Notes under the pieces: generated by a model
What the model saw: the letters and a program-made list of their open reading frames with translations, nothing else
Told to the model about the DNA's origin: nothing
The model's database searches: none
Assembly (NCBI GenBank): GCA_963810095.1
Contig: CAWEMM010000008.1
Span: 1-64,000 of the forward strand
Length of the DNA stretch: 64,000 bases
Direction of reading: 5' to 3'
Source: an uncultured Chloroflexia bacterium
GTDB lineage: Bacteria; Chloroflexota; Anaerolineae; CG2-30-64-16
Shown here: piece by piece, positions 10,203 to 19,440 of the stretch
Layout of the letters: each line of letters begins with the position of its first letter
Position numbering within the stretch: position 1 is the first letter of the stretch
Translations under genes and position numbers: made by a program

Positions 10203-11571
10203 CTACGGCATGGAGAACTCCGCAAACAGGCGCCCGATGACCTTCACGCCCTCGACAAAATCCGAGATGCGCATGCTTTCGTTCGGTGCGTGCGCGTTGC
10301 TACGGGGCCAGCCCACCCCCAGCGAAACCGCGGGGACGCCATACGCCTGGCACAGCTGGTACATCGGACCGCTGCCCGGAGAGGTCGGCTGCACGACCGG
10401 CGGTTGCCCGTGCACTCGGGCGAGCGCACGGATGGCAGCCTGCACGATGGGTGCGGTCGGATCCGTGCGGGCGGGCATCAGACCCTCCTCCTCTTCGAGC
10501 ACCTCCACGTCCGCAAAGCCCCGGTTGTCGAGGTGGGTGCGCACGAGGTCGAGCACAAGCGTGGGCGTCAGGTTCGGCACGAGGCGAATATCCAGCTTCG
10601 CGAAGGCCTGGGCGGGGATCACCGTCTTCGAACCCGGGCCGGTGTACCCGCCCCAGATGCCGTTGATCGTGCAGGTCGGCTCGAACATCAGGCGTCGCAG
10701 TGCGGCTTGGCCGGTCAAGCCGCCGAGGAAACCGCTGAAGCCCAGCTGGCTCTGGACCGCGGCCTCTTCGAAAGGGGATGGTGCGCAGCGCGTCTTCTTC
10801 GGCCGGGCTTGCAGGCAGCACGTTCTCCCACAAGCCGTCGATGGTCACATGACCGTCGGGCCGGCGCAGCGTGCCGAGCGCGTCGACGAGCCGCCAGGCC
10901 GCATTCGGGTACAACCCACCGTTGCCCGAATGGGCGTCCGCGTTCATCACTCGCACCCGCAGCAGCAGCGACTCGACCCCTTTCAGCCCCAGCATGATTA
11001 CCGGACGCTCGGCTTCATCTTTATAGCCGGCCTCCCACACGCACCCATCAAGCGTGCGCAGCAGGGCCGCATGGTCGGCCGCGAACTCGGCGAGGTGGGG
11101 GCTGCCGACCTCCTCCTCGCCTTCGAAGATGCAGGCCAGGCGCAGCGGAAGCTCGCCGATGGTCGCGCGGTACGCCTGCACCGCAGCGAGGCGAGCGACC
11201 ACGTTGCTCTTGTTATCGGCAACGCCGCGCGCATACAGGATGCCGTCGACAATCGCCGAGTCAAACGGCGGCACGTGCCACTCGTCCAGGGGATCCGCCG
11301 GCTGCACGTCGTAGTGGTTGTAAATCATCAGGCCGCGTGCGCCCGAGCCCCCTTGCGCCAGAACTACGGGTGGGCCGCCGCGGGTCGGCACGAGTTCGAC
11401 CTTCAGCCCGACGCCGGCCGCGAGCTGGGCGACGTACGCCGCGGCCTGGTCCATCGCCGCCCCACCTACCGCCGCGATGCTCGGGATGCGGCACAGCGCC
11501 TGCAGCTGCGCAATAAACTCGCCGGCATGCTCTTCCACATACGCATCAAAATGCGCAAAGTCGCCCTTCAT
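10203..11571 (-). CDS. M20/M25/M40 family metallopeptidase (one frameshift near 10770)
   Basis: YNHYDVQP, LYARGVADNK, EGEEEVGS, DAHSG; C-half PTCTINGIWGGYTGPGSKTVIP, NAHAPNE. Confidence 0.92.
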
Positions 11572-11765
11572 GGTTGTTGCCACCTCTCCCGAATCAAATC
11601 CCGGTCGAAAACACATGCCGGCCCGGCGCCCCGGCGCTCGCCAGGTGGGCGATCCCACTCCGGAACCGGTCTCGTTTCGCATGGATACTACCCGTGATGC
11701 TGCAGCCGTGTCAACCGCCGGCCCCGCCACGGGCGCGTTCCAGCGTCGGGGCAAGGTCAGCGGAG

Positions 11766-11858
11766 CATCCTGAGCGGATGGGCGACCCGCAGGTCGCACG
11801 CAGTCGAAGGATGCGGAGCGGCTTCGCGCTGCGAGGGCAGCATCCTCCGCTCAGGATC
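11766..11858. repeat. REP-like palindromic element (ATCCTGAGCGGA...GAAGGATG family)
   Basis: catcctgagcgga...tccgctcaggat inverted ends; related copy at 49144-49330. Confidence 0.6.
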
Positions 11859-11905
11859 CTTTCGCACCCAAACTGAAACGCACCCCCCGCCACAGCCGGA
11901 CGCGA

Positions 11906-11953
11906 CGGCGCGGAGGTGGGCCCCTGGTCCATGGAGCCGCCCACCTCCGCGCC
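11906..11953 (-). terminator. GC-rich hairpin downstream of the subtilase
   Basis: ggcgcggaggtgggc...gcccacctccgcgcc. Confidence 0.55.
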
Positions 11954-11982
11954 TGCCGCAGAATCTGCCGCTGGGGGGTTGC

Positions 11983-13185
11983 CTATTGGATAAACAGCTC
12001 GTACAGCAGCCGGTTCGGCGAGTTCGAACCCGCGCCGCCGACCTTGCCGGACGTCGAGTTGTTCACCAGCGCATCGCGCACCTGCTGGGGCGTCGAGCCG
12101 GCGTGGTTCTGCAGGTACAGCGCCGCGGCGCCCGCCACGTGCGGCGTGGCCATCGAGGTCCCGCTGATCGTGTTGGTGGCCGTGTTGCTCGTGTACCATG
12201 AGGAGGTGATCGACGAGCCCGGCGCGAAGATGTCGAGGCACGAGCCGTAGTTCGAGTAGGACGCTCGGGCATCCGAGGAGGTCGTCGCGCCGACCGTGAT
12301 CGCGCTGCCTACGCGGGCAGGCGAGTAGTTGCAGGCATTGGCATTGCTGTTGCCCGCGGCGATGGCGAACGTCACGCCCTTGGCGATGGCGTTGCTGACC
12401 GCGCTGTCGAGCGACGACGAGATGCCGCCGCCCAGGCTCATGTTCGCGACGGCCGGCTTCCTGGCGTTGTTGGCCACCCAGTTGACCCCTGCGATGACGC
12501 CGGAGGTCGAACCGGAGCCGCTGCAGTTCAGCACGCGCACGGCCACGAGGCTGACACCCTTCGCGATCCCATAGGTGCTGCCGCCGATCGTGCCCGCGAC
12601 GTGGGTGCCGTGGCCGTTGCAGTCATCCGCCGAGCCGCCGTCGACCGCATCGTACCCCGACGTCGCCCGGCCCCCGAACTGGTTGTGGCTGAACCGAATA
12701 CCGGTGTCGATCACGTAGGCCGTCACGCCGGCGCCGGTCACGTTATAGGTGTAGCTGTTGCTCAGCGGCAGGCTGCGCTGGTCGACCCGGTCCAGCCCCC
12801 AGGTCGCCGGCGACTGTGTCGCGTCGAGCTCCACCGACTGATCGGCCTCGACGTATTCGACGTTCGGATTGCGGCGCACGATCTCCAACGCCCGGTCGGG
12901 CAGCGTTACGGCAAAGCCGTTCAGCGCGGCATCATACCGGTAGAGGATGTTGATATTGGGTGAAGCAGCGATGAGTTCGGCGATGAGCGGCTCGAGCTGC
13001 GCCGCAACGTCGGGCTTGAGGACGACGATGTACTGGCCGGGGATCGCCCGCGGCGAGTCGGCGCCCAGCAGCGGCGCGGGCGTGAGCGGCGCGGCCGTGA
13101 GTGGCGCGGCAGCGACGGGCAGTGCCGCCACTAGAACGGCGGCGAGGACTGACACCAGTGCGAGGATTCGGACCTTGCGTGACAT
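11983..13185 (-). CDS. Secreted S8 serine peptidase, aqualysin/proteinase K type, with I9 propeptide
   Basis: Catalytic motifs YVIDTG, NGHGTHVAG, SGTSMATPHVAG; signal peptide; ATWGLDRVDQR. Confidence 0.97.
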   Translation of the reverse strand: MSRKVRILALVSVLAAVLVAALPVAAAPLTAAPLTPAPLLGADSPRAIPGQYIVVLKPDVAAQLEPLIAELIAASPNINILYRYDAALNGFAVTLPDRALEIVRRNPNVEYVEADQSVELDATQSPATWGLDRVDQRSLPLSNSYTYNVTGAGVTAYVIDTGIRFSHNQFGGRATSGYDAVDGGSADDCNGHGTHVAGTIGGSTYGIAKGVSLVAVRVLNCSGSGSTSGVIAGVNWVANNARKPAVANMSLGGGISSSLDSAVSNAIAKGVTFAIAAGNSNANACNYSPARVGSAITVGATTSSDARASYSNYGSCLDIFAPGSSITSSWYTSNTATNTISGTSMATPHVAGAAALYLQNHAGSTPQQVRDALVNNSTSGKVGGAGSNSPNRLLYELFIQ

Positions 13186-13359
13186 GGGTGCCTCCTGGGG
13201 CTAGACAGAATGGATAGGTGGACTGGAGGAACACGGAGCTTTTGCGGCCGTCGATGAGGTGCGTGGACGGCGAAAAGCGTGTGCTAGACAAAACGGATAA
13301 CCGGACGAAAAGATACCTTGCCGGAGAAATTGATAACACGCGTTGGGTCGCAGACGCGA

Positions 13360-13644
13360 ACAGGCCCCTGGCTTGGGAACCAGGGGCCTGTCGCTCACCT
13401 ACCCAGGTGACGGGGCGGACCAGGGGTTGAGGGATTAAGTTTTATGAATCGGTCAGGGGTAGAGCCATAGATGCTGCTACTACTGCATCACAACCCGCAT
13501 CGCGGGATGACGAAAGCAATACGTTGTGCCTTTACCGATACCTACATCCGCCACGTCAGGCGTTCCGACCGAAGTCGGCGACCTTTGACAATTCCTCACG
13601 CAACAATGCTGAACCCTTGTCGAAGGTCATCATTTGTAAACACG
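13360..13644 (-). ncRNA. Candidate structured ncRNA or regulatory leader upstream of the subtilase
   Basis: Bounded by a consensus promoter and a strong hairpin (13360-13392); internal stems including a UUCG tetraloop; no credible ORF. Confidence 0.45.
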
Positions 13645-13650
13645 ACTCCG

Positions 13651-13678
13651 ATTATACACGACTTTTGTCGCGTGTCAA
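13651..13678 (-). promoter_or_regulatory. Sigma70 consensus promoter TTGACA-N16-TATAAT
   Basis: Reverse complement reads TTGACAcgcgacaaaagtcgtgTATAAT; spacer is a partial palindrome. Confidence 0.75.
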
Positions 13679-13821
13679 TAGCCAAATACTCCAAATGACG
13701 TAGGAATTAAAACCTTTAAGGTCCCGGTAAAGCCCGTATCTTAATACCCCTCCATGCGTTGCACCCTCCGTTGGTTTTTCAGGGAGCGAACGTATCTCGT
13801 TAATGAAACCAGCGAAAGAGA

Positions 13822-13830
13822 TGCTATAAT
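13822..13830 (+). promoter_or_regulatory. Extended -10 promoter for glgB
   Basis: TGCTATAAT about 40 bp before RBS GGAGG and the ATG. Confidence 0.6.
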
Positions 13831-13868
13831 CGGGTATCGGTTGGCTTTCGTTGTTGTATGGAGGATTC

Positions 13869-16094
13869 ATGCGATCGACTGTCCCGCAAGAACAGATTAA
13901 CCGTATTGTCCACGCCTATCACCACGACCCCTTCCAAGTCTTGGGCGCGCACCTTGTAGAAGCCGGCGGCACGACGATGGTGTCGATCCGCGCCTTCCTG
14001 CCCCTGGCCGAGCGCGCCTGGGTGGTGCGCCCGCAGCAAGATGGGGACGAGCACGAGGCGAAGGAAGCCGGCGAGTTGGTGCGACAGCCAGGCACGGACT
14101 TCTTCGAAGCGCAGTTTCCAGGCCAGGCCGAAATCTTCCCCTACGAGATTTGCACCGAGGACAAGGACGGCGTGGTCCGCCAATTCAGGGACCCTTACAG
14201 CTTCCTCCCGGTGCTGGGCGACCTGGACCTGCTGCTGTTCAACCAGGGCAACCATTACCGCACGTACGAGAAGCTGGGCGCGCAGGTGATGATGCACCAG
14301 GGCGTCGCGGGGACGTGCTTCGCCGTCTGGGCGCCCAACGCGGCGCGCGTGAGCATCATCGGCGACTTCAATGGGTGGGACGGCCGCCGGCACCCCATGC
14401 GCCAACGCGGCAACTCGGGCATCTGGGAGCTCTTTATGCCCGGCCTGGGCCAGGGCACGTTCTATAAGTACGAGATCAAGACCAAGGGCGACGAGATCCT
14501 GCAAAAGACCGACCCGCACGGCTTCTGGGCCGAGCCCCGGCCGAAGACCGCGTCGGTGGTCTGGGACATTTCGCAGTACGAGTGGACCGACGCCGACTGG
14601 CTGACCGAGCGCACGACCAAGAACCCGCTGCGCGAGCCGATGGCGATCTACGAGGCCCACTTGGGGTCGTGGATGCGCGTGCCGGGCTCGAACGGCTACC
14701 TGACGTATCCCGACCTGGCAGAGCGCCTCGTGGCCTTCCTGACGCAGGAAGGGTATACCCACATCGAGCTGCTGCCCCTCACCGAACACCCCCTCGACGC
14801 GTCCTGGGGTTACCAGGTGACCGGCTACTTCGCGCCGACCAGCCGCTTCGGCACGCCCGACGAGTTCATGGCGTTCGTCGACACCATGCATCGTAACGGC
14901 ATCGGCGTCATCATGGACTGGGTGCCCGCGCACTTCCCGAAGAACGATTATGGCCTGGTCAACTTCGACGGCACTGCCCTGTACGAGTACGCAGATAACC
15001 GGCTGGGCGAGCACCTGGAGTGGGGCACGAAGGTGTTCAACTGGGGCCGCAACGAGGTGCGCGAGTTCCTGATCAACAGCGCGCTCTTCTGGATCGACAA
15101 GTACCACATCGACGGGCTGCGCGTCGACGCAGTGGCGTCCATGCTCTACCGCGACTACGCCCGCACCGACTGGCTGCCCAACGAGCACGGCGGCCGCGAG
15201 AACCTGGACGCCATCGCGTTCCTCAAGCAGATGAACGAGCGCATCGGCATCGAGCACCCGGGCGTGGTGACGTGTGCGGAGGAATCGACGTCCTTCCCCG
15301 CGGTCAGCCGGCCCGTGTACCTGGGTGGCCTCGGCTTTACCTTTAAATGGAACATGGGCTGGATGCACGACACGCTCGAGTACATCGCCAAGGACCCGGT
15401 GTACCGCAAATACCACCACAACAAGATGACCTTCGGGCTGATGTACGCGTTCAGCGAGAACTTCATCCTGCCCATCTCGCACGATGAGGTGGTGCACCTG
15501 AAGCACTCCATGCTCGACAAGATGCCCGGCGACTTCTGGCAGCGCTTCGCCAACCTGCGGGCTTACTACGGCTTCATGTGGACGCATCCCGGCAAGAAGC
15601 TGCTGTTCCAGGGGCAGGACTTCGGCCAGTGGACCGAGTGGAACGAAAACAAGAGCCTGGACTGGCACCTGACCGAGTTCGAGCCGCACGCGAAGATGCT
15701 CAAGTGGGTGGCCGACCTGAACCGGGTCTACCGCTCCGAGCCGAGCCTGTACCAGCAGGACTACAACTGGGAAGGCTTCGAGTGGATCGACGCGAACGAC
15801 TGGGAGAACAGCGCGCTGGCGTACATCCGCCGGGCGGTCGACCCCCGCGATCACCTGGTGGTCGTGTGCAACTTCACGCCCGTCGTGCGCCAGGCCTACC
15901 GGGTGGGCGTGCCGGCCTTGACCACCTACAAGGAACTGCTGAACAGCGACTCGGAGTACTACTTCGGGAGCAATGTGGGGAATGCGGGCGCGCTGCAGGC
16001 GGAGGCGGTGAACTGGCAGACGCAGCCGTACTCGGTGACCATGACCCTGCCGCCGCTGGGCGTAGTGGTGCTGAAGCCAGAAAATGACAGCTAG
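13869..16094 (+). CDS. glgB: 1,4-alpha-glucan branching enzyme (GH13)
   Basis: HDPFQVLGAH, FAVWAPNA, SWGYQVTGYFAPTSRFG, HIDGLRVDAVASMLY, AEESTSFP, FKWNMGWMHD, LPISHDEVVH. Confidence 0.98.
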   Translation: MRSTVPQEQINRIVHAYHHDPFQVLGAHLVEAGGTTMVSIRAFLPLAERAWVVRPQQDGDEHEAKEAGELVRQPGTDFFEAQFPGQAEIFPYEICTEDKDGVVRQFRDPYSFLPVLGDLDLLLFNQGNHYRTYEKLGAQVMMHQGVAGTCFAVWAPNAARVSIIGDFNGWDGRRHPMRQRGNSGIWELFMPGLGQGTFYKYEIKTKGDEILQKTDPHGFWAEPRPKTASVVWDISQYEWTDADWLTERTTKNPLREPMAIYEAHLGSWMRVPGSNGYLTYPDLAERLVAFLTQEGYTHIELLPLTEHPLDASWGYQVTGYFAPTSRFGTPDEFMAFVDTMHRNGIGVIMDWVPAHFPKNDYGLVNFDGTALYEYADNRLGEHLEWGTKVFNWGRNEVREFLINSALFWIDKYHIDGLRVDAVASMLYRDYARTDWLPNEHGGRENLDAIAFLKQMNERIGIEHPGVVTCAEESTSFPAVSRPVYLGGLGFTFKWNMGWMHDTLEYIAKDPVYRKYHHNKMTFGLMYAFSENFILPISHDEVVHLKHSMLDKMPGDFWQRFANLRAYYGFMWTHPGKKLLFQGQDFGQWTEWNENKSLDWHLTEFEPHAKMLKWVADLNRVYRSEPSLYQQDYNWEGFEWIDANDWENSALAYIRRAVDPRDHLVVVCNFTPVVRQAYRVGVPALTTYKELLNSDSEYYFGSNVGNAGALQAEAVNWQTQPYSVTMTLPPLGVVVLKPENDS

Positions 16095-16122
16095 CGGGCT
16101 GACAAGGCTTGTTTGCGCCCAT

Positions 16123-16155
16123 AGACCTTCGGGGTTTTGGAAACCCTGAAGGTCT
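16123..16155. terminator. Palindromic hairpin between convergent genes (REP-like/terminator)
   Basis: agaccttcggggttttggaaaccctgaaggtct. Confidence 0.55.
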
Positions 16156-16178
16156 GCCTTTTCCCAGACCTCTTCTCC

Positions 16179-17303
16179 TCAATCTGGCAGCGTGACGTCC
16201 TGCCAGGACGCGCCCAGGTCCAGAGAGCGGTGCAGGTAGCACGTGCCTGTGGTGGCTTCGCGAGCGACCAGCCACAGCTCGGGAGCCTCCGCGCCCCGCT
16301 CGACAAGCGGCAGATACATCCGATACGGGCCGGCTGTAGGCGGGCTTGAGCCGAAGGCGTGCGGTGAGGTCATGCCCCATGTGACGAGCGTAGTCTGGGG
16401 GCGCTCCCAGCTCGCAGTCAGCGTGCGGCCGTCGTCGCGGGAGAGCAAGAGCTTGGTGGCCCACCAGTCCGAAACGATGAGGGTGTGATCCGCCGGGTAA
16501 CGCGGCGACAACGCCGGCGGCCCTCCCGCGTGCGCGTCATTCACCTTCACCCAGGTCGTGCCGCGGTCCGGCGACTTGAACAGGCCCCACTCCCCTTCAT
16601 CGATCGATCCGCCGCCGGCAAACGCGACTCCGTCTTGCGGGAAACTCGGGGACAGTGCCAATGGCGGCTGTGTCGCCTGAACACCCTGTGGCAGGCCTTC
16701 AGAAGAAGCGTTCCATGTCTGGCCGCCGTCGCTACTCTTATAAATCCCCAGCGCGATGTGATAGTCCGACAGATCAACGAACGCGGTGGCGTCCTGCGCA
16801 AAGGCGGGCGAGAAGACCGCCTTGCCGATCCACCCGCCCTCTAGCGATTGACTGGTCCATGTTTCACCCGCGTCTGTGGAGCGCCAGAGCTTGTCGTTGG
16901 GGACGCCTCTAGGGCTGCTCACCAGCAGGAGCACGTTCGGATCGGGGGAAGGATAGAGCCGCGTCCGCACGTCGTAGTCCACGGACGCGCGGCCGTGCGG
17001 CTGCCAACTCACACCCATGTCGGCGGAGCGCGAAATGTCGCCGGTCTGCGGATCATAGCTGTAGATTGAGCCATCCTGCGTCGCCTGAACCTGCTGCCAG
17101 CCGGCCGGCGGGAACAACTCGCGCCACCCCTCTGCCATTGCGGCGAAAAGCCGGCCGTCTGCGGTGGTCGCGAGCAGCGGCTCCTGCCGAAAGCTGAATT
17201 GATCGTACGCACAACTGACCGGTGTGGACGCCGGGACCGCGTCTGCCCCCGGCGCTCCAAGTGATGACGCCAGCAGCATGATGGATATCGCTAGATGCAG
17301 CAA
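16179..17303 (-). CDS. Secreted BNR/Asp-box repeat beta-propeller protein (sialidase/VPS10-like)
   Basis: Repeats RSADMGVSW, RSTDAGETW, KSSDGGQTW, KSPDRGTTW, SRDDGRT, RSLDLGASW; SPAFAQD repeats; YLPLV motif. Confidence 0.85.
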   Translation of the reverse strand: MLHLAISIMLLASSLGAPGADAVPASTPVSCAYDQFSFRQEPLLATTADGRLFAAMAEGWRELFPPAGWQQVQATQDGSIYSYDPQTGDISRSADMGVSWQPHGRASVDYDVRTRLYPSPDPNVLLLVSSPRGVPNDKLWRSTDAGETWTSQSLEGGWIGKAVFSPAFAQDATAFVDLSDYHIALGIYKSSDGGQTWNASSEGLPQGVQATQPPLALSPSFPQDGVAFAGGGSIDEGEWGLFKSPDRGTTWVKVNDAHAGGPPALSPRYPADHTLIVSDWWATKLLLSRDDGRTLTASWERPQTTLVTWGMTSPHAFGSSPPTAGPYRMYLPLVERGAEAPELWLVAREATTGTCYLHRSLDLGASWQDVTLPD

Positions 17304-17324
17304 TGTTCAGAACCTCCAGGGGTA

Positions 17325-17684
17325 TTATTCGTACTCACAGGTGAACGCTATCGGTTTGTACTCCACGATCGGAAGGTACGCTTGAGGTGATACGCTGCCA
17401 ATGCCGACCTGCCCCCCGGGCCCCGACGTGCTGGTTGGCGTCGGCGGCGGAGAGGTGGGAGGGCCATAGTATGGTCTTTCAAAGCCGGAGATAGGCGTCG
17501 GAGTGTGCAGTGGGGAAACGAATGGACTAGCCACAGGCAGTGCACGAGTCGGCGTCGGTCGAATGGGAGAGTCGTTGAAGCCACTACCTGCAACCTTCGA
17601 ACCAGTCGAGAGGACGACTACCAGAAGAGCGGAGAATGCGGCCACAACCAGCGGGGCAGCGAGCACCAACCAGATCCGTTTCAT
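17325..17684 (-). CDS. Small exported Pro/Thr-rich protein with YLPIV motif (possibly truncated)
   Basis: N-terminal hydrophobic segment, SPLHTPTP repeats, QAYLPIV. Confidence 0.55.
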   Translation of the reverse strand: MKRIWLVLAAPLVVAAFSALLVVVLSTGSKVAGSGFNDSPIRPTPTRALPVASPFVSPLHTPTPISGFERPYYGPPTSPPPTPTSTSGPGGQVGIGSVSPQAYLPIVEYKPIAFTCEYE

Positions 17685-17823
17685 TTTGCACTCCATCGTG
17701 CTGAGGATAAATAGTTCCCCACTGCAGGCTTGCAATACTATCCAACGGCTGAATCGTCAATCGGTTCCGCGCTCCTCGAAAGCATACTCGTGTCTGGACT
17801 CGGCCGACTATCGAAATTGCGCC

Positions 17824-18097
17824 GGCGTACATCCGGCGGGCGGTCGACCCGCGCGATCACCTGGTGGTCGTGTGCAACTTCACCCCGGTCGTCCGCCAGG
17901 CGTACCGGGTGGGCGTGCCGGCCTTGACCACCTACAAAGAACTGCTCAACAGCGACTCGGAGTACTACTTCGGGAGCAATGTGGGGAATGCGGGCGCGCT
18001 GCAGGCGGAGGCGGTGAACTGGCAGACGCAGCCCTACTCGGTGACGATGACCCTGCCGCCGCTGGGCGTGGTGGTGCTGAAGCCAGAACGCGAATAG
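17824..18097 (+). pseudogene. glgB: Displaced duplicate of the glgB 3' end (265 bp repeat of 15818-16082)
   Basis: Same peptide AYIRRAVDPRDHLVVVCNFTP...LKPE with only third-position changes; ends KPERE* versus KPENDS*. Confidence 0.93.
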
Positions 18098-18171
18098 AAC
18101 GCACACGGGGCGAATTCTCCGCATTGGCAGATTTGACATCAGGTGGAAATGCCGATTCGGAGGACGCTTAC

Positions 18172-18200
18172 TTGACAGATTCGCGTTTTCCGGGCATAAT
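18172..18200 (+). promoter_or_regulatory. Sigma70 promoter TTGACA-N17-CATAAT
   Basis: ttgacagattcgcgttttccgggcataat. Confidence 0.7.
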
Positions 18201-18206
18201 CCTTCC

Positions 18207-18392
18207 TGTGATTGGGGAGCGCAAGCGAACCAGCACCTAATAAATCGCCATCCTATTGCCGGGGAGGTGATGCGAATGGACCAATGTAGTACTAAACGTG
18301 GCGTCGTAGCATCACCTCGGTTTACCAAGTAGGTGCTACGACGCCCAACAGAGCCGGAGGTGGGTCCGATCCCCACTTCCGGCTTTGCTTTT
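18207..18392 (+). ncRNA. Candidate ~185 nt structured small RNA containing an 18-codon sORF (18276-18332)
   Basis: Own promoter, several hairpins, SD GGAGGTGA, intrinsic terminator 18350-18392. Confidence 0.55.
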
Positions 18393-18409
18393 AACCACCT
18401 CAGATCGAA

Positions 18410-18480
18410 CCACAAAGACACCAAGACACGAAGGGTTGCAAAGAGGCCGAGGCGTTCTTTGTGCCTTTGTGCCTTTGTGT
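18410..18480. repeat. REP-like 9-bp-periodic inverted repeat (CACAAAGAC family)
   Basis: ccacaaagacaccaagacacgaag...ctttgtgcctttgtgcctttgtg; sister copy at 41677-41762. Confidence 0.7.
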
Positions 18481-18493
18481 TATCGTCCGCTTC

Positions 18494-19270
18494 ATGCAGA
18501 TAGCGCTCGATCCGCTTCAATACGTCCTCATTGCACTCGCCGCCGTCGCGGCCGGCGCGGTCAATGCGCTGGCCGGCGGGGGCACCCTGATCACCTTCCC
18601 CACCCTCACCGCGGTCGGCATCCCGCCCGTCGTCGCCAACATCACGAACACCGTCGCGCTGCTGCCCGGCTATTTCGGCGCCACGCTGGCGCAGCGCAAG
18701 GACCTGAAAGGCCAGGAGCACCGCCTGACCTGGGCCCTGCCTGCGGGCGTCATCGGCGGGCTGCTCGGCGGCTACCTGCTGCTGCAGACCGGCGAGCGGC
18801 TGTTCCGTGACCTGGTGCCCTACCTGATCCTCTTCGCGTCGCTCCTGCTGGCCCTGCAAGACCCGCTCCGCAAATGGGTTGCTCGCCGCACCGCGGGCCG
18901 CACGACGACGGGCCGCTCGCACGAGCGTTGGGCCGCCATCCCGGTGGGCCTGGCCGCGGTCTACGGCGGCTACTTCGGCGCAGGGCTCAGCGTCATCATC
19001 CTGGCCGTGCTGGCCGTGGTGCTCGACGACAGCCTGACTCGCCTCAACGCGCTCAAGCAGTTCGTCGCGTTCGCCACCAACACCGCGGCCGCGGTCTTCT
19101 TCGTCTTTTCCGGCCAAGTCGTCTGGTCCGCCGCCGCAGTCATGGCCGTCGGCGCGCTGGTCGGCGGCACGCTCGGCGGCAGGCTGGCCGGCCGCATCAA
19201 GCCCTCGGTCCTCCGCTATGTTGTCGTCGCCATCGGGATCATCGTCTCAATCATTTACTTTGTGAGGTAA
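18494..19270 (+). CDS. Sulfite exporter TauE/SafE family membrane protein
   Basis: [40 protein letters not shown]. Confidence 0.93.
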   Translation: MQIALDPLQYVLIALAAVAAGAVNALAGGGTLITFPTLTAVGIPPVVANITNTVALLPGYFGATLAQRKDLKGQEHRLTWALPAGVIGGLLGGYLLLQTGERLFRDLVPYLILFASLLLALQDPLRKWVARRTAGRTTTGRSHERWAAIPVGLAAVYGGYFGAGLSVIILAVLAVVLDDSLTRLNALKQFVAFATNTAAAVFFVFSGQVVWSAAAVMAVGALVGGTLGGRLAGRIKPSVLRYVVVAIGIIVSIIYFVR

Positions 19271-19276
19271 GGCTTA

Positions 19277-19361
19277 GGACGCTGATCGCACTGATGCGAC
19301 TGATTCACCTGATCTCTCCAAAGATCACAGGAATCAGTGGGATCAGTTCAATCAGCGTCCC
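19277..19361. repeat. REP-like 9-bp-periodic inverted repeat (CTGAT family), left of MFS-TetR
   Basis: ggacgctgatcgcactgatgcgactgat...atcagtgggatcagttcaatcagcgtcc. Confidence 0.75.
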
Positions 19362-19370
19362 ATTCGCAAT

Positions 19371-19431
19371 TTGACATCCCCCGTTTCTCGTGGTAGCTTA
19401 CCGACCGTTCAGTAACTAACCGAGCGGTAAG
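19371..19431 (+). promoter_or_regulatory. MFS-TetR promoter with probable TetR operator
   Basis: TTGACA-N17-TAGCTT overlapped by imperfect palindrome ttaccgaccgttcagtaa; RBS AGGAGG. Confidence 0.6.
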
Positions 19432-19440
19432 GAGGAAACC

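Noticed and set aside
13360-13644. Assignment to c-di-GMP, c-di-AMP, lysine or T-box riboswitch
   Set aside because: Consensus motifs of those classes were not found by eye; kept only as an unknown RNA candidate
15818-18088. glgB duplicate as a DGR TR/VR pair
   Set aside because: Differences are synonymous, mostly C/G third-position changes; no reverse transcriptase
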